Assembly (NCBI GenBank): GCA_012862495.1
Contig: BLSG01000354.1
Location: 1 to 61,449, forward strand
DNA: 61,449 bases
Direction: 5' to 3'
Origin: Thraustochytrium aureum
Taxonomy: Eukaryota
In this document: piece by piece, positions 11,963-23,184 of the stretch
Numbering within the stretch: position 1 is the first letter of the stretch
How the letters are laid out: the number at the start of each line of letters is the position of its first letter
Notes under the pieces: model-generated
Told to the model about the DNA's origin: nothing
Databases searched by the model: none
Seen by the model: the letters and a program-made list of their open reading frames with translations, nothing else
Position numbers and translations under genes: made by a program

Positions 11963-12294
11963 ACTCGCGCGCCGTGGCGCAAGCGAGTACTCCGAGGAGG
12001 GCCTGCCGCGTCGCGCGGTTGCCGGGAGGGGTTCGTCGCCTCAACGGCGACACTCTCAGCGGGCCAGATCTCGAACGTGCCATCGCTGCTCCATCCGCGC
12101 GACTCTGCCAGGCAGCCTGCTCCTGCTCGACCCAACTCGCAAGCAAGCAAGCAAGCAGGCAAGCGCCGTGAGCAGTTCAGCTTGGCCTCGGCGGCGGGCG
12201 CCCGCTTAAGCTCGAGCGGCTGCTCCGGGCAGGGCAAGAGGGACCGCGCGCGGGCGGAGGTGGACCGCGGAGCAGCCTTCTGGTCTCGCCCCAG

Positions 12295-13638
12295 ATGGAG
12301 GCCTTCCAGGACGGCCTGGCGCTGTTCGTGGACGAGGACTATGAGGGCGCGCTGAAAAAGATGGACGAGGCGGTCGCCAACGGGGCTGACTCGGCGCTCG
12401 TGCTGAGCAAGAGGGCCGCCGTCTTCGCAAAGCTCAAGCTTCACGCCAAGGCGCTGCAGGACGCCCAAGCGGCGCTCGACAAGGACCCTAGCCTGGCAGC
12501 GGCTGGGTGCGCAAAGGCGCTGCCTGTTTCCACCTCGAGCGGTTCGCGGAGGCCAAGCAGGCATTCGAATCGGCTCAGCAACAGACCCAGTCTCCGGCTG
12601 TCCTAAAGTCCGTCTCGACCTGGCTTCGGAAGTGCCAAGCCGAGCTCGGCGACGAGGCGCCAACCGAGCCACGCGCGGCGCCGAATCTCGACGCAAAGGC
12701 CGACACCGACTCTGGCGCGGCGCAGGCGGCCGACAATGCCGTCGTCGCCCAAGCACTCGAAAAGGCAGCTGCCGAGCCCCGCGCCGCGCCGCGTTTCGCG
12801 CATGACTGGTACCAGTCCATGACTCACGTCACCATAGAAATCAAGGCTCCGGGCGTGGCCCAAGAGTCTGTGGAGCATTCGATCCAGGGCCACTCGGTTG
12901 CTGTGGAGATCAACACAGGCTCCGAAGACCAGATCGTCTCGTTCGACTGGGACCTCTTCGCGGAGGTCGACCCCGCCCGCAGCAAGGTCAGCGTGCTGCC
13001 CCGCAAGATTGAAGTGCGCCTCAAGAAGGTCAACGAGTCGCTGCACTGGCCCGCGCTAGAGAGCGCAGACGTCGCTCCGGACGCCAAGAGGCCAGCGGCC
13101 GTGCCGCTGGCGCCCGCGGCCGTCGCCAAGCCGCCGTCGGCATACGCGAGCGGCAAAAATTGGGATGCGATCGAGAAAGAGCTCGAGGCGGAGGACAAGC
13201 CCGAGGGCGAGGAAGCGCTCAACAAGCTCTTTCAGGACATTTACAAGAACGCCAGTGAGGACACGCGCCGGGCCATGGTAAAGAGCTTTCAGACTTCAGG
13301 CGGCACAGTCTTGTCCANNNNNNNNNNNNNNNNNNNNNNNNNNNNNNNNNNNNNNNNNNNNNNNNNNNNNNNNNNNNNNNNNNNNNNNNNNNNNNNNNNN
13401 NNNNNNNNNNNNNNNNNNNNNNNNNNNNNNNNNNNNNNNNNNNNNNNNNNNNNNNNNNNNNNNNNNNNNNNNNNNNNNNNNNNNNNNNNNNNNNNNNNNN
13501 NNNNNNNNNNNNNNNNNNNNNNNNNNNGAGGTCAAGGAGAAGGACTTTGAGAAGGAACGCCCCGCTCCGAAGGGCATGGAGTGGCGCTCGTGGGAGGGCG
13601 ACAAGCTCGACGTAGGCGCCGACGACGAGGACAAGTGA
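12295..13638 (+). CDS. SGT1: SGT1 HSP90 co-chaperone (TPR-CS-SGS); apparent frameshift near 12502 and a gap at 13318-13527
   Basis: N-terminal TPRs; CS domain HDWYQS...KIEVRLKK...HWPALE; SGS domain NWDAIEKE...EGEEALNKLFQDIYKNASEDTRRAMVKSFQTSGGTVLS; after the gap EVKEKDFEKERPAPKGMEWRSW...DK*. Confidence 0.93.
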
Positions 13639-14096
13639 TTTCAAGGCGGCCTTTTCCAACTGTAGGTGCTTTCCCGCCTGTGCCCTTCGGCGCCTCCGAA
13701 CCTCGCAACGGCGTTCTTCCGCTGCATGCTGCATGTGCTGCATGGGATCCGGAATCCTCAGTTGCCTGCCCCCTGCAACGGATCATACAAAACGCGCACG
13801 GCAGCTTTAACACAAGTAACCCCACCATTGCCCGTTGCTTTCTCGAAGTTGTTCATTCAGCGCCTCTCCGCGCGGGAAACGTCACGGCTCGTCCGTCATG
13901 GGCTGCCTTCGAGTCCTTGGAAGCTAAAATTTGTTCGTTTCCAAGAAAAACACAGAGGAGCGAGAGCCGTTTTCGTTGTTGCGGCAGCAGTTGAGAAACG
14001 GATCGCTAAGCCATCAACTCCTCAAACACTCGACCGTCCGAGCAAACCCACTCGCGCTGGCGGGAGCGCAGGTCCTTGCCAGCTGGCCGCAAGGCC

Positions 14097-16363
14097 ATGC
14101 TGGAGCCCAAAGGAACGGGGCGCGAGTCGGGGGGCGCGGTGAAGGCCGTAGCCAACACAACCGCCACTAGGGCGAACGACGAGCAGCACGATGACACTTG
14201 GCAAGGCGATGCGCAGGCCGAGCAACAATTGGCACAAGCTTTGGTGCATCGCTTTGTGGTCGATGCGCTAGACTGGAAAGAAAGTGCGGCTCTGGGAAGC
14301 TGGGCAAAAGGTCTGGGCGGGGACGAATCTACGCCGTTGCGCCTGTGCTTTCCTGTCATGCAACCCACAGTCTATGACCCGCGAGAGACGCTGCTATCGT
14401 GGATTGGAATGCGAAAGTCCTCACGGGCGTTGGGCAGAAGCTTGAAAGGGAAGGGTGGCGCCGCACTCGTCTTGGTCTCTGTTCTTGGTTGTGCCATGGC
14501 CATCATTGGCGCAGCGCTGCCTTCCATTTCTTTGATTGGGTGTGCGTCTCTGGCTTTGCTCTCGACATCGATAGTTTCTCGAGCCACTGCGAACCCGACA
14601 CTGGTCAAATTGGCCATTCAGCGTTTCGACACCCAGTTCCTCATATTCAACGGGACCGTCATGTTCGTGACGATCGGTGCGCTCAACAACACACCACAGA
14701 TGTGGATAGTATCCATGTCTTGTCTCGTTGGGTTTTGTTTGAGTCTGCTCAACGACGCGCTGCCAACGCTGCACAAAGAGTTCGTCATGCATCGCACAAT
14801 GCCTGTTGCCATGGCCATTGTACTCTACTTTTCTGTGGACCTATTCCTGAGGACAACGGAAACGCCACTCGTTTTCATCGGCTTCAACATGCACGACAGG
14901 GCGGTTGCAGCAGCTTGCAACGTGGTGTGGTTCATGACGGCATCACTAGTCCGCAGCTTTTCACATCCACATCTCCTCTGCGCAGTTTACTCGCCGCTGA
15001 CAACCAGGAAACTGGAAGCGAGCGTGGCCCGTGTTCTTCAGTGTCGCCAGGACTGCAAGAGCGCTCACGAGTCGTTGAACGACTCTGTTCGGGCAATGCA
15101 GCGGTCCAGGCGACAGGTCGCACCCCTCGGTGTCGCGAAGCCAAGAGAGAATCAGGCGACTGTCCTGGACGACCAGTTTCCGCCTGACCGAGCTTGCGAC
15201 GAAGCACCACCGGGAGCCACCAGTTCGGAAGAGTGGCATAGAAAAGCCCCTGTAGCGGAGACGTGCCTCTGCGGCGCTGCCGCGGAGTCCGGGCCTTTCC
15301 TGGCCTCTGCGAGTTGTGCGGTTTCAGCGGCGGCGGACCCTCAGTGCGTCATCAAGCGGAGCAAGACGCTTGAGAATTTGAGCGAGCGGCTCAAGCAACA
15401 CACCGGTGCCGTAGCGGCGCCAGTGAGCGGCAAGACCAGCAATCCGGTTCGCAATGTAGAGGGCGGGACTGAGAAACCGAACTCACAACCGAGGCCGGTC
15501 CGCGTCCTCTTCCCGACAATGCAAGCCTTCAGGGTGACTCGTCAGACACGCTTGCCCGCTTGCTACTTGGCCCAGGCCCTGCAGCATACTTTTATGGGAT
15601 CTTTAAGAGGTACGTCAACGCGATATTCATCGTGAGTGTCATCGGCCTCGTTGGATGTTTGCACGTGCTTCTAGGCGACCCGGCGATGAGGTCGTGGTCA
15701 CTTGCGGTGGGCTGCCTTACGCTCCCAGGGGCCACAATACGCATCCTGTACACGAACCGGGCTCTGCTTCGGCTGCAGCTCTTTCGCCCCGACAGCCTCT
15801 ACCACACCTTCAACAACCTCCTGCTCTTGATTTGCATGTCCACGATGGTAGGGAGTTCGCAAGAAAAGTGCGCGAATATTATTCTTGGGATCGTCATGCT
15901 CTTGGCCGGGTTTCTAGATTGCAGCCACCCTGGCTCCAAACGTTCGATCGCCATTTGGGTCTGCATCACCGGGGTCGTCATCTACGGCGCAATTGCAGTT
16001 GGGCTTGCGCTCGACCTTTTCTATTTTGCAACGCGGGAGATTCGGGTATTCGGCTACTCGATTGGCTTGCTCGCTCCGGTCAAGTCGATGATGTTCAATC
16101 TTACGGTGTACACCGTGCGATTTGTCTACGTCACCATGAAGCGGCCGCTGGACTTTGTTCTTATAGAGTCGGACATGGCGACGATAAAGCTCCCAGCTGA
16201 ACTAGGACGCACGCTCGAGGCCTGCACTCCTGATCGCATCCAGAAATCCATCAATGCGCTGCGTCATCGCTCCTCACGTCGCAGCGCATTCCACGAGCAA
16301 AGCCCAAAGCAGGCCATCGTGACAAGTTCGTTTCGGGGCCAACCATCCATTGCAGAGCTTTGA
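14097..16363 (+). CDS. Uncharacterised polytopic membrane protein with two internally homologous multi-TM halves; apparent frameshift near 15550
   Basis: Overlapping ORFs 14076-15635 and 15560-16363 each carry about 6-7 hydrophobic helices with a shared motif (NPTLVKLAIQRFDTQFLIFN vs NRALLRLQLFRPDSLYHTFNN), separated by a hydrophilic linker. Confidence 0.7.
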
Positions 16364-16702
16364 GCGATCCTGCCGCTGGAAGTGGTTGATCGACTGCGTG
16401 TGGTTGGTGGACTTGGACTGCGCGTTGCGCTACTCTCTCTCCCTTACTCACAGTAGCTCGAGTCTACGTACCTGTAGACAGGTAGACGTAAGTAGAGAGC
16501 GCTCTAGCTAGAAGGGCGACGAAGGGCCCGGTCTCCAATGAGGCACTCCACTGCCTCGGCAACCTTCGTCAGCGCAATCTGGGAGATCTCGCCAGGCCAC
16601 CGAGCCTGTGCGCTGTGCAGAACCCGGCACGCAACAGACGTTAGTAGCCTCCTTGGTCGAGAGAGGCTGGCCAGACAACTTGATATTGTTTTGGTTTTCC
16701 TC

Positions 16703-16972
16703 GCCCTCAGGCTCGTCAATGAACGCTGTGGCGTTGACAGCGCTTGGACTCGCGATCGAGCCAAGAATATACGTCTCGCTCAACCAAACCACGCCGAGGA
16801 CCGCCGTGCGACCACCAGAATCTCCGCACCCGCCCTCGTTCGGGGCAAGCGATCTGGAAGCAGACCGCGCGCCTGGCTGCGACTGCCTGGTGCTCGAGTA
16901 CTGTTATGAACACAGTCCCTCCGCGTCGTGTCGTCTCGATGTCCACTTTGCGAACCTCGACTCGGGCTCGTC
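16703..16972 (-). pseudogene. Deletion-eroded paralogous remnant of the ADP-ribosylglycohydrolase gene and its 3' flank (18621-~19615)
   Basis: Colinear matching blocks: 16703 gccctcaggctcgtcaatgaacgctgtggcgttgacagcgcttggactcgcg vs 18621 gccctcaggctcgccagaacgctgtggccttagcagcgcttgggctcgcg; 16754 gatcgagccaagaat vs 18728 gatcgagccaaggat; aggaccgcc and gcgaccac blocks; agaccgcgc; actcgggctcgtc at 16960 vs 19603. Translation ETYILGSI vs KTNILGSI. Confidence 0.75.
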
Positions 16973-17369
16973 GGGCGTTGCCAGTGACGACAGACGAGTT
17001 GAGGGGTGTTTGCGGTACTCTTGCATCTGTGGCTCTCTCAACTCGTTGAGTAACCCACAGTGCCTTGCTCTTGATCTTGATTTTGATTGANNNNNNNNNN
17101 NNNNNNNNNNNNNNNNNNNNNNNNNNNNNNNNNNNNNNNNNNNNNNNNNNNNNNNNNNNNNNNNNNNNNNNNNNNNNNNNNNNNNNNNNNNNNNNNNNNN
17201 NNNNNNNNNNNNNNNNNNNNNNNNNNNNNNNNNNNNNNNNNNNNNNNNNNNNNNNNNNNNNNNNNNNNNNNNNNNNACACGGGCGCGGCGGCCGAGGCGA
17301 ACGACGCGCTTGCGAGCTGATCAACGCGCAACTGCAGCTGGGGCGCCTGCACGCCGTCTGAAGGCTGTA

Positions 17370-18277
17370 ATGGCCATGGAGCGCTTGACGACGGTGTTGA
17401 GGGGGCTGGAGGACCTCCGGGTCCCGGCGCTTGACGTGGTGCTGAGCCACGAACAGCAGGCCCTCGTGGCTGAGATTGGCGTCTGGGCCGTCGCGTTCGC
17501 CGTCTGGGCCGCAGTGCTACCGCGCATCTTGCGCGCAGCGTTCACGGGGCGGCCGACCTTCGATAGCACCGCGACGCGCCCCGGCGTGCTGTGCGCCAAC
17601 GCGCAGGACGAAATGCTCCTGCTAATCACCCTCGGATTGCACCACCTCTTCGGAGGCTCGCTCATGCTCAGCGGCGACGCAAAGCTCTGGCGGCACGCTT
17701 GCATGATTGAAGTGGGCTATGAGGTTTTCGACCTCGCCGCGATTCTGCTCAAGGTTTACCCCTACACTGACTTTGTCAAACTGGACGCCCAGATCGTTCT
17801 CGCAGTTCACCACTTACCCGGAATCCTGCTCGCCATCTCTATAGTGACGAACGGGCTGCACGAGTGCCCGCACATGCAGGCGCTCGGGGGCTGGCTTTTG
17901 CTTGGAGGCGGGGTCAACGCCCTCACGGCTGCAATGATCCACACTCGCAACTTTGACACGCAGCCTGGGCAGGCGGCCATACTGCAGGTCTTCACCTTCA
18001 TCACATTCGTGATCATACGCTTCTTCAAGTTCCCCGTGGAGGCTTATGAATTTTACTTGAAGAGATTGGACAACTCCGGGGACGAGATGGTCACGCGCGG
18101 TTGCTTATCGGGGCGGCGTTCATTGCCTTGTTCAATTTGATCATCCTGATGGACATGACGCCCAAGACGCTGCGGTACCTCATGCGCTACTTTGGTTCCA
18201 AGGCGGATCGCGAGGTCGACCCTGTAATGCCGCCCGAGGCGGAGCGCTTGCCGTCCGCGAAGACCAAGGTCGCGTAA
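17370..18277 (+). CDS. TLC (TRAM/LAG1/CLN8)-like membrane protein; apparent frameshift near 18100
   Basis: Multiple TM helices with GLHHLFGG, EVGYEVFDL, LAVHHLPG and FITFVIIRF. Continues in another frame as IALFNLIILMD...KTKVA* (TAA at 18275-18277). Confidence 0.6.
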
Positions 18278-18703
18278 GCGTAGCTCTTGCTACTAGCTAG
18301 AGAGTAGAACCGAGTCGGCCATCTGGATCCCCAACTAGGTCATGATGGAGTAGATCGTTTGGTAACCCACCCATTTAAAAAATGGACGGAAAAGACGCAA
18401 GGGACTCGGCTGCCTGCTTCGGCAGCTTGCAAGATATGTCCCGTCTCGAGGCCGAGTGCTGGAGAGTCCCAGCCCAGTCCCGTAGGAAGCAGACTGACAA
18501 CCAAGAGTCTGAAGATGGCGAGAGCCTGGCGAATCATGGCACTGGGACGTTGACACGAAGCGCCCGTGACGAACCCGTTCAGGCAAACTCACGGTCCTTT
18601 TGAAACCTCAAGTTTACCTTGCCCTCAGGCTCGCCAGAACGCTGTGGCCTTAGCAGCGCTTGGGCTCGCGCCTTCCTCTTGTGCTTTGGCTTCGTTTACC
18701 TAG

Positions 18704-19744
18704 CTAGAACTTGGCCAGGAGCGAATCGATCGAGCCAAGGATGTTGGTCTTGCCCGACCAGCCCGCGGGGACATCGTAGCCCGCCGCGCCCAGGACCGCC
18801 GCAATGAGCAGCGAGCGACCACAAGTATCTCCACCCGCCAGCAGGTTGCGCCGTACGGCCCACACGAAAACGTCAGCACCCTTCGACCCGCCTGCGTGTG
18901 CGGCGACGTCAAGAAGAATTCGCGCTACAACAGTGAACGAGGCCGGGAAGGCGCAAGACCGCGCCAAGATGCCCCCGCGCAAATAATCGGGCATACCTTC
19001 CTTGTAGAGCTCGAGCGAGTACTCGTCCAAGTACTTGCCGAGGTCGCCGCCAGCCGCAGAGGCGGCCTTGGCCTTGCTCAGCATCTCGGCCACGGTGGCG
19101 TCGCCAGCCTCGTTTGCTGCCTCGACGGCGTCTTCCAGTGAGGCGCCACTGGCCGCGGCGCGGACCATGCGCGCCCCCGCGAGGCCGAACCGCACCGACT
19201 CGTCGTTGTTCTGGTGCGTCCGGATCGCCTCCTCGACCAGGTCGAGCCAATCCTCGCTCTCGAACTGCGGGCTCGCGGCCAGCATGGTGACCTTGGCAAA
19301 GGCGTTGGCCTCGGCATCATCTGCTCCGCAGGCGGGGAACAGGGCCGCGGCGCCTTCAGCCTTGAGCTTGGCCACGTTCTCCTCGAAGCCTTTGGTGCAG
19401 CCATTCTTGCGCCCGCTGTACGACTTTGCCCACTGCTCGATGAAGGCCGCGAACGCCTCGCCGCCCACGAACTTTGCCCCGTTCTCGGCCATGAACTCGA
19501 GTGTCATCAGTGCCTCCTCGCCATACGGGCTCGGGTCGCCCGCCTTGTAGTGGCCGGGAAACTCCGTTTCGTTGTAGAACGGGCAGCTCGGCGGCTCGTG
19601 AAACTCGGGCTCGTCCACATGGCCGTCAAGCACTTGGCGCAGCTTGGCCGGATCGTAAATCCAGTGCGACCCCATCTGGGCAGCATCAGCAACAAACAGT
19701 GCGCGGACCGCAGCCTTTCCGCGTGCGGCAACGGAAGAAGCCAT
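18704..19744 (-). CDS. ADP-ribosylglycohydrolase superfamily protein, J1-crystallin/SelJ-like subfamily
   Basis: LFVADAAQMGSHWIYD, PEFHEPPSCPFY, GDPSPYGE, CGADDAEA, IRTHQN and NLLAGGDTCGRSLLIAAVLGA. Confidence 0.85.
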   Translation of the reverse strand: MASSVAARGKAAVRALFVADAAQMGSHWIYDPAKLRQVLDGHVDEPEFHEPPSCPFYNETEFPGHYKAGDPSPYGEEALMTLEFMAENGAKFVGGEAFAAFIEQWAKSYSGRKNGCTKGFEENVAKLKAEGAAALFPACGADDAEANAFAKVTMLAASPQFESEDWLDLVEEAIRTHQNNDESVRFGLAGARMVRAAASGASLEDAVEAANEAGDATVAEMLSKAKAASAAGGDLGKYLDEYSLELYKEGMPDYLRGGILARSCAFPASFTVVARILLDVAAHAGGSKGADVFVWAVRRNLLAGGDTCGRSLLIAAVLGAAGYDVPAGWSGKTNILGSIDSLLAKF

Positions 19745-19998
19745 CGTGGTGCACCGTTGCGTTGCCTTTTGGTCCGCTCCGTCGAGTGCTTTAGCGCTTT
19801 CCAGCAGCTGAAAGGCGCAATTGGTCGTTCGGGGTCTGCTGCGAGTGGACGGATGCTCAATGAAGCGCAGCGCCTGATCAGGATCGACAAGGGTCAACGC
19901 AAGTTCGATCGATCCTGGGTCGCGCACAAACTTGGCTTGCTCCCGACGAGCCTTGACGCTCATGATTGATTGAACCAAAACCTACCTGTGGCTGACTC

Positions 19999-20118
19999 CG
20001 TCACGGCCGGACCTCTTCGTGACGCACGTCCTCGTCACTAGGTAACCCATTTACGTCACAGCCACGGCGGCACGGCGTCGCGGGCTTCGAGGACGTGACA
20101 GTCAGGGTGCCTGTGACG
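19999..20118. promoter_or_regulatory. Cluster of CGTCAC/GTGACG (CRE/ATF-like half-site) motifs in the divergent promoter between the ADP-ribosylglycohydrolase and LRRC46 genes
   Basis: Exact hexamers at 19999, 20019, 20033, 20054 and 20113, plus a near match at 20094. Regulatory function is inferred only. Confidence 0.35.
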
Positions 20119-20202
20119 TGTATTTTCGCGCGTGTTACCGTTGCACGGCGGAGGAGAAAGAGGACGGGCAGACCGCGACGGGCGTCGATCGTGAGCAAGA
20201 GG

Positions 20203-21471
20203 ATGCGCCGGCGCGCGGGCGGTGATGGTCGCGCGTCCTGGGAAGCGACAGGGCGTGGGCCTGGCGGGCAGGAGGACCAGGTCGTCGAAGAAGAGGAGGA
20301 CGCGCTGAGCGCCTCGCCGAGCGCACCTGAAATTGACTCTGACAGGGAAAGCAAGGGCTCGTCCCGGAGCGAGAGCGCGGCGGAAACGGGAAGCCGGCGC
20401 GTTGAGCCGGGGGCGAAGAAAGCGCAGGCTGGCGAAGCGGCTCCGGGGATGGACGGCGCCCTCGCGGCGGCGGACGAAAGCAGCAACCAGCTGCTGGACG
20501 AGGTTGCGAGCCTGACGCCCGCTGACGCGATGAAGGAGTCAAGAATGACCTTTCGGCGGGTGACAGAGCTGTGCCTCAGCGGCGAATTCCTGCGCGCCAA
20601 GCAAGGCGACCCCGACGCCGTGGCCGACAAGCTGCTGTCTATCAAGGTGGCCCGGCTCGAGTGGCAAGGGTTCACGGCCATCGAGGCGCTCGACGCGCTC
20701 ACGTCGATCGAGGATCTGTACCTGCAACACAACTACATCCGCCGCATTGAGGGGCTCGACTTTCACCACAGGCTGCGATTTCTCGCCCTCAGCAACAACC
20801 AGATCCAGCGTGTAGAGAACCTCCGGCACCTGACCAGGCTTGAGCTCCTCGACTTGAGCGACAACCGCATCGAGGAACTCGACGCCGAGGAGCTGCCGGA
20901 CAGTCTTCGAAACGTCGACTTCTCGGGCAACCCTTGCGCGACGTCGGAAAATTATCAGGCGCAATTGATGGACCGCCTTCCCGGCCTCGTCGTGCTCGAC
21001 GACGTGCGCCTGGAGCGCGCCATGCAGGGCGTCGCGGCCGACGGCGCCTCCAGCGGCGACGAGTCTGCGCAGCCGAGCGAGGTACTGGAGGGCGCCCGTG
21101 CCTGCCCTGTATCTGAGGAGGGCAAGTGGGAAGCGGAAGGCGGCCAGTGCGCGCCGGATCCGTCGCCGAGATTGCGGACCCCGCGCGGAGGCGAGGCGCA
21201 CCGGTCGCCGCTCCTCGACCGCTCGGCGCGGACGAGCAGGCGACCCACTTCGGCTGTGAGCCGCTCGGACGCGATGCTCGAGGCTGCGCTGAGCAAGATC
21301 GAGGAGCTGAGCGCTTGTACGCGGGTTCGAGCCAAGAGCGCCTTCCGCGGGCATCGCGAGGCGATCGCAGAGCGTTCCAAGGCGCGCATGGAAGCGACGG
21401 CGAGCGAGTTTCGGGAGCGGGTTGTGCCGACGGTAGCCAACACGCTCCCGCAGCAACCGGGGCGGCGGTGA
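20203..21471 (+). CDS. LRRC46: Leucine-rich repeat protein, LRRC46-like (SDS22-type LRRs; likely flagellar)
   Basis: ARLEWQGFTAIEALD, LYLQHNYIRRIEGL, LRFLALSNNQIQRVENL, LELLDLSDNRIEEL, EELPDSL, FSGNPCA and LRR cap LPGLVVLD follow the recalled LRRC46 layout. Start codon uncertain (20203 or 20449). Confidence 0.75.
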   Translation: MRRRAGGDGRASWEATGRGPGGQEDQVVEEEEDALSASPSAPEIDSDRESKGSSRSESAAETGSRRVEPGAKKAQAGEAAPGMDGALAAADESSNQLLDEVASLTPADAMKESRMTFRRVTELCLSGEFLRAKQGDPDAVADKLLSIKVARLEWQGFTAIEALDALTSIEDLYLQHNYIRRIEGLDFHHRLRFLALSNNQIQRVENLRHLTRLELLDLSDNRIEELDAEELPDSLRNVDFSGNPCATSENYQAQLMDRLPGLVVLDDVRLERAMQGVAADGASSGDESAQPSEVLEGARACPVSEEGKWEAEGGQCAPDPSPRLRTPRGGEAHRSPLLDRSARTSRRPTSAVSRSDAMLEAALSKIEELSACTRVRAKSAFRGHREAIAERSKARMEATASEFRERVVPTVANTLPQQPGRR

Positions 21472-21728
21472 TTGCGCTGCGCGCCGGCCCCGGGAACGCC
21501 CCGGCAGCTCTGATCTCTCCCGGGGTAGGCCCTCTCGCTCTAGTAGCTAGCTAGCTCAGTTGAGAGAGAGTAACGGAGGGAGCGGGAGACCTTCCAATCG
21601 TGGGCATGTAGGTAGAACAGGCTCGCCGAGCCCTGCCGGCGAGCTGCGAGAGGGAGAGCAGAACGGAACAGTTTGCGAGATGGTTTTTCTGCAGAGCCGC
21701 CGCTCGCGAAAGCTAGGGGTCTGGTTGT

Positions 21729-22010
21729 CTACTTCATCTCGCCCCACATGCGGTAGTGGTTGTAGCCGATCGCGAGCCACGAAACGATCGCGATGCCCAC
21801 GAGGGTTCCGACCAGCGGGCCGTCAGTGCTCTTGCGCAGGTAGGTGGGGTCGGCCTCGCCGCGAAGGTACGGGGTGGCGCCCTTCTGGAAAGCCTTTTGC
21901 TGCTCAATAATCGGGTTGGGCCCGTCCGTGGCCCTGCGCACCTGGGTGGCGCGCAGCTGCACGCGGCGAGCAGCCGGGAGGGCCGCGCGGCGGGCGACGT
22001 TGCCGATCAT
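21729..22010 (-). CDS. COX7A: Cytochrome c oxidase subunit VIIa-like small mitochondrial protein
   Basis: Arg/Ala-rich transit peptide, then NPIIEQQKAFQ...PTYLRKSTD and one TM helix, as in COX7A (NKVPEKQKLFQ...PVHLKGG.TD). Confidence 0.7.
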   Translation of the reverse strand: MIGNVARRAALPAARRVQLRATQVRRATDGPNPIIEQQKAFQKGATPYLRGEADPTYLRKSTDGPLVGTLVGIAIVSWLAIGYNHYRMWGEMK

Positions 22011-23184
22011 CCTTCTCTGGTTGTTTGCGCTACTGCGGACTCGATATCTTGCGCTCTGCTCTACAGCACAGGTTAGCTAAAACTCCACGCCTCTACCGCT
22101 ACAATTCATCCCGCGAGTCGCCAGCCCGCGTCGTTGCAGGTGCGGCGCCCGGTTCACCCAGCGCGCTCCCAGCCGCCCCTCCCCGCGGCGCAACCGCGCA
22201 CCACCACCCGACCCCACTACCGCGCATCCCTCCGCGCGCGCGCGTGAGGCGCGTCTGCGGCGCCCACCCGTGGCCGCGCCGGAGCAGGNNNNNNNNNNNN
22301 NNNNNNNNNNNNNNNNNNNNNNNNNNNNNNNNNNNNNNNNNNNNNNNNNNNNNNNNNNNNNNNNNNNNNNNNNNNNNNNNNNNNNNNNNNNNNNNNNNNN
22401 NNNNNNNNNNNNNNNNNNNNNNNNNNNNNNNNNNNNNNNNNNNNNNNNNNNNNNNNNNNNNNNNNNNNNNNNNNNNNNNNNNNNNNNNNNNNNNNNNNNN
22501 NNNNNNNNNNNNNNNNNNNNNNNNNNNNNNNNNNNNNNNNNNNNNNNNNNNNNNNNNNNNNNNNNNNNNNNNNNNNNNNNNNNNNNNNNNNNNNNNNNNN
22601 NNNNNNNNNNNNNNNNNNNNNNNNNNNNNNNNNNNNNNNNNNNNNNNNNNNNNNNNNNNNNNNNNNNNNNNNNNNNNNNNNNNNNNNNNNNNNNNNNNNN
22701 NNNNNNNNNNNNNNNNNNNNNNNNNNNNNNNNNNNNNNNNNNNNNNNNNNNNNNNNNNNNNNNNNNNNNNNNNNNNNNNNNNNNNNNNNNNNNNNNNNNN
22801 NNNNNNNNNNNNNNNNNNNNNNNNNNNNNNNNNNNNNNNNNNNNNNNNNNNNNNNNNNNNNNNNNNNNNNNNNNNNNNNNNNNNNNNNNNNNNNNNNNNN
22901 NNNNNNNNNNNNNNNNNNNNNNNNNNNNNNNNNNNNNNNNNNNNNNNNNNNNNNNNNNNNNNNNNNNNNNNNNNNNNNNNNNNNNNNNNNNNNNNNNNNN
23001 NNNNNNNNNNNNNNNNNNNNNNNNNNNNNNNNNNNNNNNNNNNNNNNNNNNNNNNNNNNNNNNNNNNNNNNNNNNNNNNNNNNNNNNNNNNNNNNNNNNN
23101 NNNNNNNNNNNNNNNNNNNNNNNNNNNNNNNNNNNNNNNNNNNNNNNNNNNNNNNNNNNNNNNNNGGAGCCGCGAGAAATCGCC

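Noticed and set aside
13318..13527. A ~70-aa insertion in the SGT1 SGS domain
   Set aside because: Only about 4 conserved residues (TNWx) are missing between GTVLS and EV. The N run is an estimated gap size or hides an intron, so it is not evidence of an insertion.
18704..19744. Selenoprotein (SelJ) with UGA recoding
   Set aside because: There is no in-frame TGA in the ORF, which ends in TAG.
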